In this document: positions 15,455 through 23,703 of the stretch, one piece after another | How positions within the stretch are numbered: position 1 is the stretch's first letter | How the letters are laid out: the number at the start of each line of letters is the position of its first letter | Origin: an uncultured Gemmatimonadaceae bacterium | Lineage (GTDB): Bacteria; Gemmatimonadota; Gemmatimonadetes; Longimicrobiales; RSA9 | Reading direction: 5' to 3' | Length of the DNA stretch: 64,000 nt | Assembly: GCA_964430275.1 (NCBI GenBank) | Contig: CAYSGF010000027.1 | Span: forward strand, 8,133-72,132 | Notes under the pieces: generated by a model | Told to the model about the DNA's origin: nothing | The model's input: only the letters and a program-made list of their open reading frames with translations | Databases searched by the model: none | Made by a program: the position numbers and the translations under genes

Positions 15455-17431
15455 CTACGGCGGGTTGCCCAGGCGGCGCACGCGAATGTTGCGGAACCAG
15501 ACCGGATTGCCGTGATCCTGCAGTCCCAGATGCCCGCTCATGGCCGTGCCATAGCCGGGCCATGCGGCGAACTTGCTCGCCGCCACCCGCTCGCGCCAGT
15601 CCTCGCCGCCCTGCTCGTACTCGAGCAGCTTTACGCCATTCAGCCAGTGCTCGACGTGCGCACCGTGCGCAAGGATGCGCGCTTCGTTCCACTCGCCGAC
15701 CGGATGCGTGACATCGCGTTCGGCAGCGTACAGGGCATAATTCGATCCTGCTGACGTGAGCGGACTCGCGCCGTCCGCGTGTGCGCCATTGTCGAGCACC
15801 TGCATCTCGGCACCGGTCTCGTACATGTAATCGGCATCCTCGCTGCCGCGGTAGAAGATGCCGCTGTTGCCGCCGGGCGAGACCTTCCACTCGAGCACCA
15901 GCTCGAAGTCGTCGAACTCCTCGCGTGTGACCAGGTCGCCGCCATCGCCGGCGGACGGCGCGAACGCGAGCACGTCGTCCTCGATCCGCCACCCGGCGGG
16001 CACGTCGTCACGACGATAGCCGCGCCACGCGTCGAGGTCGGTTCCGTCGAACAGCACGATCCAGGCAGTGTCCATCGTGGTGTCGTCCTGCTGCAGCCCG
16101 TCCGCCGCTGCGGCCTCACCTCCCGGTGCCGCATCGTTGGCGGGATCACCGCCAGCGCCCGTGCCGCCGTCGCAGCCGGCCAGGAGGATCGCGGCGAGTG
16201 CGGCAGTGACGGCAGTGGTGCGGCCGCGGGCGAGCCGCTCGCGGAACGCGAAGCCGAAGTAGATCATGACGAGTGCGGCGAATCCGGCGGGCAGCAGCCA
16301 GAACTGCTGCCACTGCCCGAGCGTGAGCGCGTCGGCGCCGTCCAGAAAGCGATTGTAGACCGCGCCCGCGATCTGCGCGCCGATCAGCATGCCGACGCCG
16401 TACGTCATGAGCACGAGGAATCCCTGTGCCTGGCCGCGCACGGCGGGCGTCGATTTCTTGTCCACGTAGATCTGTCCGGTGACGAAGAAGAAGTCGTAGC
16501 AGACGCCGTGCAGCAGGATGCCGGCGGCGATCAGGGAGAACGTGCCGGCCGGTGCGGCGAGTGCGAACAGCACGTAGCGCACGACCCACGCGGCCATGCC
16601 GGTGAGCAGCATCCACTTCACGCCGAGGCGGGCGAAGAAGAAGGGGATGAGCAGCATGAACGCGACCTCGGACATCTGTCCGAGCGTCTGCGTCGCCGCG
16701 ATGTTCTCGACGCCGGCTGCGCCGAGGAACAGCTGCGTGAAGTTGTAGTAGGCGGCGAGCGGAATCGAGATGAGCAGTGAGCTCAGGATGAAGACGTAGA
16801 AAGACGGGCTGCCGAGTGTGCTCAGCGCGTCGAGACCCACGATGCTGCGCAACGACACGCGCTCGCCCGCGGCCGGCGGCGGCGTATGCGGCAGCGTGAG
16901 GCTGTAGAACCCGAGCAGCAGGCTCGCCACCGCTGCCGTGTAGAGCGGCAGCGGCGATTCCTCGGCGATGCCGCCCGTGACGAACCCACCCAGCACGAAG
17001 CTGATCGCGAGACCCGCCACGATCCAGCCGATCGTGCCGAAGACGCGGATCAGCGGAAACTGCCGCTCCTGCTCCGTGATGTGATGGAACGCGAGCGAGG
17101 TGGACAGCCCGAGCGTCGGCATGTAGCACAGGTTGTAGAGCAGCAGCACGACGATGAACGCGACCGGATCGCCGATCATCGACGGCGCGAGCGCGAGCAG
17201 GCCGGCACCGAGCAGATGCAGCACGGCAAGTACCTTCTCGGTGGCGAAGTAGCGGTCCGCGACGAGCCCGAGAAAGAAGGGCGCGGCAATCGCCGCGATC
17301 GGATTCACCGTGAACGGCCAGTGCGTCAGCGTCTCCATCCCGCTGCTCGTCATGAACACGGCGATCGTCGTGTACCAGGCGCCCCAGATGAAGAACTGGA
17401 GGAACATCATCGCGCCGAGACGCACGGTCAT
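15455..17431 (-). CDS. NupG-family MFS permease fused to a C-terminal DUF1080 (3-keto-disaccharide hydrolase-like) domain
   Basis: Start moved to ATG 17431. The N-terminus MTVRLGAMMFLQFFIWGAWYTT closely parallels E. coli NupG. The C-terminal ~200 aa (WIVLFDGTDLDAWRGY ... GLQDHGNPVWFRNIRV) is a DUF1080 signature. An extra hydrophobic helix ending LLAGC links the two parts. Confidence 0.85.
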   Translation of the reverse strand: MTVRLGAMMFLQFFIWGAWYTTIAVFMTSSGMETLTHWPFTVNPIAAIAAPFFLGLVADRYFATEKVLAVLHLLGAGLLALAPSMIGDPVAFIVVLLLYNLCYMPTLGLSTSLAFHHITEQERQFPLIRVFGTIGWIVAGLAISFVLGGFVTGGIAEESPLPLYTAAVASLLLGFYSLTLPHTPPPAAGERVSLRSIVGLDALSTLGSPSFYVFILSSLLISIPLAAYYNFTQLFLGAAGVENIAATQTLGQMSEVAFMLLIPFFFARLGVKWMLLTGMAAWVVRYVLFALAAPAGTFSLIAAGILLHGVCYDFFFVTGQIYVDKKSTPAVRGQAQGFLVLMTYGVGMLIGAQIAGAVYNRFLDGADALTLGQWQQFWLLPAGFAALVMIYFGFAFRERLARGRTTAVTAALAAILLAGCDGGTGAGGDPANDAAPGGEAAAADGLQQDDTTMDTAWIVLFDGTDLDAWRGYRRDDVPAGWRIEDDVLAFAPSAGDGGDLVTREEFDDFELVLEWKVSPGGNSGIFYRGSEDADYMYETGAEMQVLDNGAHADGASPLTSAGSNYALYAAERDVTHPVGEWNEARILAHGAHVEHWLNGVKLLEYEQGGEDWRERVAASKFAAWPGYGTAMSGHLGLQDHGNPVWFRNIRVRRLGNPP

Positions 17432-17530
17432 GGGATCCGCTCTGTCGTGGAGAGTCCGCGCTGCGCCAGTGATGACCCGCACATCGTAGTGCGCCGGCGG
17501 GGCAGGGGCAACGCCGCCCCGCCTCCCGCC

Positions 17531-17596
17531 CGCTTCCGCTTCCGCCCGCTTCCGCTTCCCCGCTGCTTCCGCTTCCCCACCGCTTCCGCTTCCGCC
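17531..17596. repeat. imperfect tandem repeat (CGCTTCCGCTTCC core, 4 units) in a divergent intergenic region
   Basis: Read directly: cgcttccgcttccgcc / cgcttccgcttcccc / gctgcttccgcttcccca / ccgcttccgcttccgcc. It lies between the gene starts at 17431 (-) and 17664 (+). Confidence 0.8.
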
Positions 17597-17663
17597 TCCG
17601 TACGCTTGCGCCGCCCGCCATCCCCGCTCCACTATCCCCGGACCCCACAAGACATCGAGCGCG

Positions 17664-19361
17664 ATGATCCAGATCCAGCAGAACCGCCAGGATTACGACG
17701 TCTGCATTGTCGGCTCCGGTGCAGGAGGCGGCATGGCGGCGTACATGCTGACGAAGGCCGGTGCGCGTGTGGCGCTGCTCGAGGCGGGCCCGAAGTGGTA
17801 CGCCTCCGAAGACAGCGCGATGCTCACATGGGCGTACGAATCGCCGCGCCGCGGCGCATCCACACCGGACAAGCCGTTCGGCGAGTTCGACGGGTGCATT
17901 GGCGGCTGGCAGGTGGAGGGCGAGCCATACACGACGGCGCCCGATACCCGCTTCGACTGGTGGCGCGCGCGCATGCTCGGTGGCCGCACGAATCACTGGG
18001 GCCGCATCTCCCTGCGCTTCGGGCCTGACGATTTCCGCCGCGCGAGTATGGACGGCCTGGGCGACGACTGGCCGATCGGCTACGACGACGTCGCACCGTA
18101 CTATGACGCGGTCGACCGGCTGATCGGCATCTTCGGCAGCCGTGAGGGGCTGCCGAACGATCCGGACGGCATCTTCCAGCCGGCGCCGCGCCCGCGCTGC
18201 TACGAGCTGCTCATCAAGGATGCCTGCGACCGGCTCGGCGTCACGTGCATTCCGGCGCGGCTGTCGGTCCTCACGCAGCCGTTTGGCGACCGTGTGCCGT
18301 GCCACTACTGCGGCCAGTGCGGGCGCGGGTGCATGACGAACTCGAACTTTTCGAGTCCCGAAGTCCTGATCCGCCCCGCACTCGCGACCGGCCGTCTCAC
18401 GCTCCTGCTCGGCGCCATGGTCCGCGAGGTCGATGTGGATGCGCGCGGCCATGCGACCGGTGTGTCGTACATCGACAAGGCGAGCGGTGAGGAGCGCAGT
18501 GTACGTGCGCGGGTGGTGGTGCTCGCGGCAAGTGCCTGCGAAAGCGCGCGCCTGTTGCTCAACTCGAAGTCCTCGCTCTTCCCGGATGGACTCGCGAACG
18601 GCAGCGGCAAGGTGGGGAAATACCTGACGGACACGACCGGCGCGGGCGTATCCGGCTTCATCCCCAGCATGATGGAGCGGCCGCCGCACAACGAGGACGG
18701 CGCCGGCGGCGGCCACGTCTTCATGCCGTGGTGGCTCGACAACAGCACGCTCGATTTCCCGCGCGGCTACCACATCGAGGTCGGCGGCGGCTTCCACATG
18801 CCCGGCTACGGGTTCATGGGCGGTATCGAGCGCTATCCGTCCGGTGGCGGGTACGGCGCGCAGCTCAAGGAGGACTACCGCCGCTACTTCGGCGCGAGTG
18901 TCGGCTTCGCCGGCCGCGGTGAGATGGTGCCCAGCGAGGACTGCTACTGCGAGATCGATCCGCAGGTCGTCGACCGGTGGGGTATCCCGGTGCTTCGCTT
19001 TCACTGGAAGTGGAGCGACTACGAGATCGCGCAGGCGAAGCACATGCAGGACACCTTCCGCGCGATCATCGATGCGATGGGCGGCGAGGTGTTCTCGCCG
19101 ATGCCGCCGCGCGAGGAGCACTACGGCCTGATGAACGGCGGCTCGATCATCCACGAGCTCGGCTGCGTGCGCATGGGCAACGATTCTGACGCCTCGGTCG
19201 TGAACGCGTACTGCCGCGCCCACGAAGTGCCGAACCTGTTCGTCGCCGACGGCGGGCCGTTCGTCAGCCAGCCCGACAAGAACCCGACCTGGACGATTCT
19301 CGCGCTGTCCATGCGCACGAGCGAGCACATCGCGGACCTGATGAAGCAGGGGGCACTGTGA
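17664..19361 (+). CDS. GMC-family FAD-dependent oxidoreductase (gluconate 2-dehydrogenase flavoprotein-like)
   Basis: N-terminal DVCIVGSGAGGG FAD-binding motif. GMC-type C-terminus (HELGCVRMG). Confidence 0.9.
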   Translation: MIQIQQNRQDYDVCIVGSGAGGGMAAYMLTKAGARVALLEAGPKWYASEDSAMLTWAYESPRRGASTPDKPFGEFDGCIGGWQVEGEPYTTAPDTRFDWWRARMLGGRTNHWGRISLRFGPDDFRRASMDGLGDDWPIGYDDVAPYYDAVDRLIGIFGSREGLPNDPDGIFQPAPRPRCYELLIKDACDRLGVTCIPARLSVLTQPFGDRVPCHYCGQCGRGCMTNSNFSSPEVLIRPALATGRLTLLLGAMVREVDVDARGHATGVSYIDKASGEERSVRARVVVLAASACESARLLLNSKSSLFPDGLANGSGKVGKYLTDTTGAGVSGFIPSMMERPPHNEDGAGGGHVFMPWWLDNSTLDFPRGYHIEVGGGFHMPGYGFMGGIERYPSGGGYGAQLKEDYRRYFGASVGFAGRGEMVPSEDCYCEIDPQVVDRWGIPVLRFHWKWSDYEIAQAKHMQDTFRAIIDAMGGEVFSPMPPREEHYGLMNGGSIIHELGCVRMGNDSDASVVNAYCRAHEVPNLFVADGGPFVSQPDKNPTWTILALSMRTSEHIADLMKQGAL

Positions 19362-19957
19362 GTGCGCTGAACCGCCGCGAGATGCTGCGCGTCATGGCGG
19401 CCGTGCCGCTGGCGCAGGCGCTGGGCGTGCCGCTGCCGACACTCCAGGGCGCCGCCGCACACGCGCACCATGCGACGCAGCAGGCCGCACCCTTCGTCGC
19501 CGAATTCTTCACGCCCCACGAGCTGCGCACCGTCACCCTCCTCGGAGACCTGATCATCCCGCGCGACGAACGCTCCGGCAGCGCGAGTGATGCCGGTGTT
19601 CCGGCGTTCATCGATTTCATGATGATCGACCGGCCCGCGATGCAGGTGCCGATGCGCGGCGGAATCGCATGGCTCGACGGCGAGACGCACGACCGCTTCG
19701 GCGTCGCCTTCGTCGATGCGAGCGACACGCAGCAGGCAGCGATCCTGGACGACATCGCGTGGCCCGCGCGTGCGCCGGCAGCGCTGAGCCAGGGCGTCGC
19801 GTTCTTCAATCGCTTCCGCGACCTGGTCGCATCCGGCTTCTGGTCGTCGCGCATGGGCGTCGAGGACGTGCGCTTCATGGGCAACACCGTCGTGCCGCAG
19901 TGGCAGGGCTGCCCGGAGCCCGCATTGCGACACCTCGGCGTCGCGTACGACGACTGA
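19358..19957 (+). CDS. gluconate 2-dehydrogenase subunit 3 family protein, Tat signal
   Basis: GTG start overlaps the GMC stop (GTGA at 19358-19361). Twin-arginine-like signal (NRREMLRVMAAVPLAQALG). Confidence 0.8.
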   Translation: MSALNRREMLRVMAAVPLAQALGVPLPTLQGAAAHAHHATQQAAPFVAEFFTPHELRTVTLLGDLIIPRDERSGSASDAGVPAFIDFMMIDRPAMQVPMRGGIAWLDGETHDRFGVAFVDASDTQQAAILDDIAWPARAPAALSQGVAFFNRFRDLVASGFWSSRMGVEDVRFMGNTVVPQWQGCPEPALRHLGVAYDD

Positions 19958-19961
19958 CGCC

Positions 19962-21134
19962 ATGGCGGAATCGACGGGCGTGCTGCGCTACGGCATGATC
20001 GGCGGCGGGCCGGGCGCCTTCATCGGCGCCGTGCACCGGCGCGCGATCGAGTACGACGCACGTGCTCGCCTGGTCGCCGGCGCGTTTTCGTCCGATCCGG
20101 AACGCTCCCGCGCGCACGGCCGCACGCTCGGCCTCGACGACGCACGGGTGTATGGCGATTACGCGACCATGGCGGAGACAGAAGCGGCACGACCGGAAAG
20201 GGACCGGCTCGACTTCGTCGTCATCGTCACGCCGAACCACCTCCACCATGACGCCGCTGCCGCCTTCCTCGAGCGCGGGTTCCACGTCGTGTGCGACAAG
20301 CCGCTCACGACGACACTCCCCGACGCCGAAGCGCTCTGCCGGCTCGCAGTGAAGTACGACCGGTTGCTCGCGGTCACGTATGTATACTCCGGCTACCCGA
20401 TGGTTCGGCAGGCGCGTGCGCTCGTCGCGGCGGGCGCACTCGGCCGCATCCGTCGGGTGAGTGTGCAGTACACGCAGGGCTGGCTCGCGCAGCCGGTCGA
20501 GCGCACGGGGCACGGCGGCGCCGAATGGCGGACCGATCCCGCGCGCGCGGGTGCCGGTGCGCTCGGCGACATCGGTGTGCATGCCTTCCACCTGATGTCG
20601 TGGGTAAGCGGGCTGGCGCCGGAGCGCCTGTTCGCGGACGTCGCGACCCACGTCGAGGGCAGACGCGTCGATGATGACGCGTGCGTGCTGCTGGAGTATG
20701 CCGGCGGCGCGCGCGGCCTGCTCGTGTGCACGCAGGTGGCCGGCGGTGTCGAGAACGACGTCCGGCTGCGCATCTCGGGCGAGCAGGGTACACTCGACTG
20801 GTCGCATGCGGAGCCGGAGCGGCTGGTACTGCACGAGGCGAGCGGCGGACAGCGCGTGTATACACGCAGCGGTCCGGACCTCGCGCCTGCCGCGGTGCGC
20901 GCGGCACGCCTGCCGCCGGGACATCCGGAAGGCTTTCACGACGCGTTCGCCAGCCTGTATGCGGGCGTTCTGCGCGTCATCGGCGCGCACGCCGCCGGCA
21001 CGCCGCCGGACCGCCTCGACCTCGAGTTCCCCGACGGTGTGGCCGGCGCGGCAGGTGTGCACTTCATTCACACGGCGCTCCGCAGCAGCCGCGAGCGCGC
21101 GTGGGTGGATGCGACCTACACGCCGCCGTCCTGA
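19962..21134 (+). CDS. Gfo/Idh/MocA family oxidoreductase
   Basis: N-terminal Rossmann motif (LRYGMIGGGPGAFIG) and typical family body. Confidence 0.9.
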   Translation: MAESTGVLRYGMIGGGPGAFIGAVHRRAIEYDARARLVAGAFSSDPERSRAHGRTLGLDDARVYGDYATMAETEAARPERDRLDFVVIVTPNHLHHDAAAAFLERGFHVVCDKPLTTTLPDAEALCRLAVKYDRLLAVTYVYSGYPMVRQARALVAAGALGRIRRVSVQYTQGWLAQPVERTGHGGAEWRTDPARAGAGALGDIGVHAFHLMSWVSGLAPERLFADVATHVEGRRVDDDACVLLEYAGGARGLLVCTQVAGGVENDVRLRISGEQGTLDWSHAEPERLVLHEASGGQRVYTRSGPDLAPAAVRAARLPPGHPEGFHDAFASLYAGVLRVIGAHAAGTPPDRLDLEFPDGVAGAAGVHFIHTALRSSRERAWVDATYTPPS

Positions 21135-21203
21135 TGGCACAGCCGCACGCATCCCAATGCCTCCCTTGCCGTTGATCGCAATCCATACGGAGCCAGGAGC
21201 AGC

Positions 21204-22208
21204 ATGATACGACCCGTCACGCTCTTCACGGGACAGTGGGCGGACATGCCGCTCGCGGAGCTCGCCGCGAAGGCACGCAGCTGGGGCTATGACGGTCTGG
21301 AGCTGGCGTGCTGGGGCGATCACTTCGATGTCCGCCGCGCACTCGATGACGACGACTACTGTGCCGAGCGCCGCGCACTCCTCGGCGACCATGGCCTGGA
21401 CGTCTGGGCGATCAGCAACCATCTGGTCGGGCAGGCCGTGTGCGACCCGATCGACGAGCGGCACCGCGCGATCCTGCCAGCGCACGTGTGGGGTGATGGT
21501 GATCCCGATGGCGTACGGGCGCGCGCGGCGGACGAGATGATCGCGACCGCCCGCGCGGCCGCACGCCTGGGCGTGCGGATCGTCAACGGCTTCACCGGCT
21601 CACCGATCTGGCACCTGCTCTACAGTTTTCCGCCTGTGCCGATGGCGACGATCGACACCGGGTTCGCCGACTTCGCGCGCCGGTGGCAACCGATTCTCGA
21701 CGTGTTCGGTGAGGTGGGCGTCGGCTTCGCACTCGAGGTGCATCCGACGGAGATCGCGTTCGACAGTGTCACTGCCGAGCGTACGCTCGCCGCCCTCGAC
21801 GGCCATCCGGCCTTCGGCTTCAACTACGACCCGAGCCACTTCGGCTATCAGGGCGTGGATTACATCGGCTTCATCGAAGCACTCGGCGCGCGCATCCGCC
21901 ACGTCCACATGAAGGACGCGTGGTGGGCGCATGCACCGCGCGCATCCGGCGTGTTCGGCGGCCACCTCGACTTCGGCGACGCGCGCCGTGCATGGGACTT
22001 CCGCTCACCCGGGCGCGGCCGCATCGACTTCGACCGTGTGCTCCGCGCACTCCACCGCATCGGCTACGAGGGACCGCTGTCCGTGGAATGGGAGGACGCC
22101 GGCATGGACCGCGAGCATGGCGCGCGCGAGGCGTGTGCGTTCGTGCGTCGCATGGACTTCACGCCGTCGGTTCAGGCCTTCGACGCCGCGTTCGCGCGTG
22201 ACGACTGA
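21204..22208 (+). CDS. sugar phosphate isomerase/epimerase (xylose-isomerase-like TIM barrel)
   Basis: AGGAG at 21195-21199. Family pattern ([13 protein letters not shown] ... [11 protein letters not shown] ... HVHMKD ... LSVEWED). Confidence 0.9.
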   Translation: MIRPVTLFTGQWADMPLAELAAKARSWGYDGLELACWGDHFDVRRALDDDDYCAERRALLGDHGLDVWAISNHLVGQAVCDPIDERHRAILPAHVWGDGDPDGVRARAADEMIATARAAARLGVRIVNGFTGSPIWHLLYSFPPVPMATIDTGFADFARRWQPILDVFGEVGVGFALEVHPTEIAFDSVTAERTLAALDGHPAFGFNYDPSHFGYQGVDYIGFIEALGARIRHVHMKDAWWAHAPRASGVFGGHLDFGDARRAWDFRSPGRGRIDFDRVLRALHRIGYEGPLSVEWEDAGMDREHGAREACAFVRRMDFTPSVQAFDAAFARDD

Positions 22209-23703
22209 GCCGCGGCACGGCATCAGCTCGGTCGCGGAGGCAGTCGCGCCCGTCGCTGCGATGTTCGTGCTGTTCGTGTCCGGTGCACTCGCGTTCGGCG
22301 CCAGCCAGGAGCTGCTCGTCGCTGTGCTGCTCGCCGCGGCCGCCATCGCCGGTGCGAGCGCGGTGCGCCACGGTGCCTCGTGGAGCGAAATCCAGAGCGC
22401 GACGGGACGACGGCTCGCGGAAGTGCTCCCCGCCCTGCTGATCCTGCTGTCAATCGGCATCCTGATCGCGACGTGGGTGCTCGCCGGCACGATCCCGTTC
22501 CTCGTGTACTGGGGCGTTCGCCTGGTCAGCCCCGAGCTGCTCGTGCCGACCGCTTTCCTCGCCACGGCAGCGATGTCGCTGTTCACCGGCACGTCGTGGG
22601 GCTCGGCCGGGACGATCGGCATCGCGCTCGTGAGCACGGCAATCGCGCTCGGCGCACCAGTCGGCGCAACGGCCGGGGCCGTCGTGTCCGGCGCGTACTT
22701 CGGGGACAAGATCTCGCCGCTCTCCGACACGACGAACATCTGCGCGATCGCCGCCGACGTCTCCCTGTACCGGCACATCCGACACCTGCTCTACACGACC
22801 TTGCCTTCGTTCGTCGTCGCGCTGCTCGTGTACGTCATTGCCGCGCGCATCGGCGGAAGCGGTGCGTCGGGCGCGGTCGCCGCCGGCGCCGTCCTCACGG
22901 ACATCGCGCACGTGTACTCGCTGCATCCGGTGGTGCTGCTGCCGCTCGCAGTCGCGGTCTGGGGCATTGCGCGCCGCACGCCAGCGGCCCTCGCGATCCT
23001 GATGTCATCCGTTGTCGCTGCAGCGCTCGGCGTGCTGCTCCAGGGCTTTGGCGTACACAGCGCGATTCTCGCGGCCGTGACGGGGTTCCGGGTCGAGATG
23101 ATCACCCAGGCGGGCGTGGACGCGACAGGTCTGAGTGACGCGTTCATGCGACTCGCCGAGCGCGGCGGCCTCTATGGCATGGCGACGACCCTCATCGTGA
23201 TCCTCGCCGCGTTCCTGCTCGCCGGCGCCATGGAGGTGTCGGGAGCGCTCGACCTGATCATCGGACGCATGCTCGGCGCCGTCGATTCCGTGTTCGGCCT
23301 CATTGCTGCAACGATGGCGGCCGGCGCGACGACGGTCGCGGTCACGAGCCATGCTGGTGTGACAGCCCTCGTGGTCGGCGGGCTCTTCAAGGATGCGTAC
23401 GCGCAGCGCGGCCTGGCACCGGAGAACCTGTCACGCTCACTCGAGGATTCCGTCACGATTACGGAGCCGCTCATGCCGTGGTCCGTATCGGGCGTCTTCA
23501 TGGCCGGCACCCTCGGCGTGCCGACACTCACATACGCACCGTGGGCCGTCTTCTGCTATGCGGGTCCGCTCTTCTCGCTGCTGATTGCAGGACTCTACCG
23601 CCGAACCGGTTACGGCATTCGCCGCACACCGCCGCCGCCTGCGGAGGATCCCCGCGCGGCGACGACGGCTGCGGCTGCACCGGCTGTTCCTGTTTCGCGC
23701 TGA
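22198..23703 (+). CDS. NhaC-family Na+/H+ antiporter
   Basis: Multi-TM protein with NhaC-like motifs ([30 protein letters not shown]). Start uncertain: GTG 22198 completes the first TM helix; the alternative is ATG 22261. The track ORF start at 21931 lies inside the previous gene. Confidence 0.8.
   Translation: MTTEPRHGISSVAEAVAPVAAMFVLFVSGALAFGASQELLVAVLLAAAAIAGASAVRHGASWSEIQSATGRRLAEVLPALLILLSIGILIATWVLAGTIPFLVYWGVRLVSPELLVPTAFLATAAMSLFTGTSWGSAGTIGIALVSTAIALGAPVGATAGAVVSGAYFGDKISPLSDTTNICAIAADVSLYRHIRHLLYTTLPSFVVALLVYVIAARIGGSGASGAVAAGAVLTDIAHVYSLHPVVLLPLAVAVWGIARRTPAALAILMSSVVAAALGVLLQGFGVHSAILAAVTGFRVEMITQAGVDATGLSDAFMRLAERGGLYGMATTLIVILAAFLLAGAMEVSGALDLIIGRMLGAVDSVFGLIAATMAAGATTVAVTSHAGVTALVVGGLFKDAYAQRGLAPENLSRSLEDSVTITEPLMPWSVSGVFMAGTLGVPTLTYAPWAVFCYAGPLFSLLIAGLYRRTGYGIRRTPPPPAEDPRAATTAAAAPAVPVSR

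Noticed and set aside
16160-16230. Separate lipoprotein gene start for the DUF1080 domain
   Set aside because: The lipobox-like segment is not preceded by any in-frame ATG, GTG or TTG and there is no stop codon. It is therefore treated as a linker helix of a genuine fusion.
17531-17596. CRISPR array (also considered for 35974-36019)
   Set aside because: The units are 13-18 bp, directly abutting with no spacers, and there are no cas genes. These are simple tandem repeats.
16146-19328. 1060-aa minus-strand ORF, the longest in the track
   Set aside because: It is Arg/Ala/Pro/His-rich low-complexity sequence with no motifs. It is antisense to the GMC oxidoreductase and partly out of frame over the NupG-DUF1080 gene, both of which have clear family signatures. 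This is a typical high-GC antisense artefact.
19875-21485. 536-aa minus-strand ORF
   Set aside because: It is antisense to the Gfo/Idh/MocA and TIM-barrel genes, and its composition is Arg/Ala-rich.
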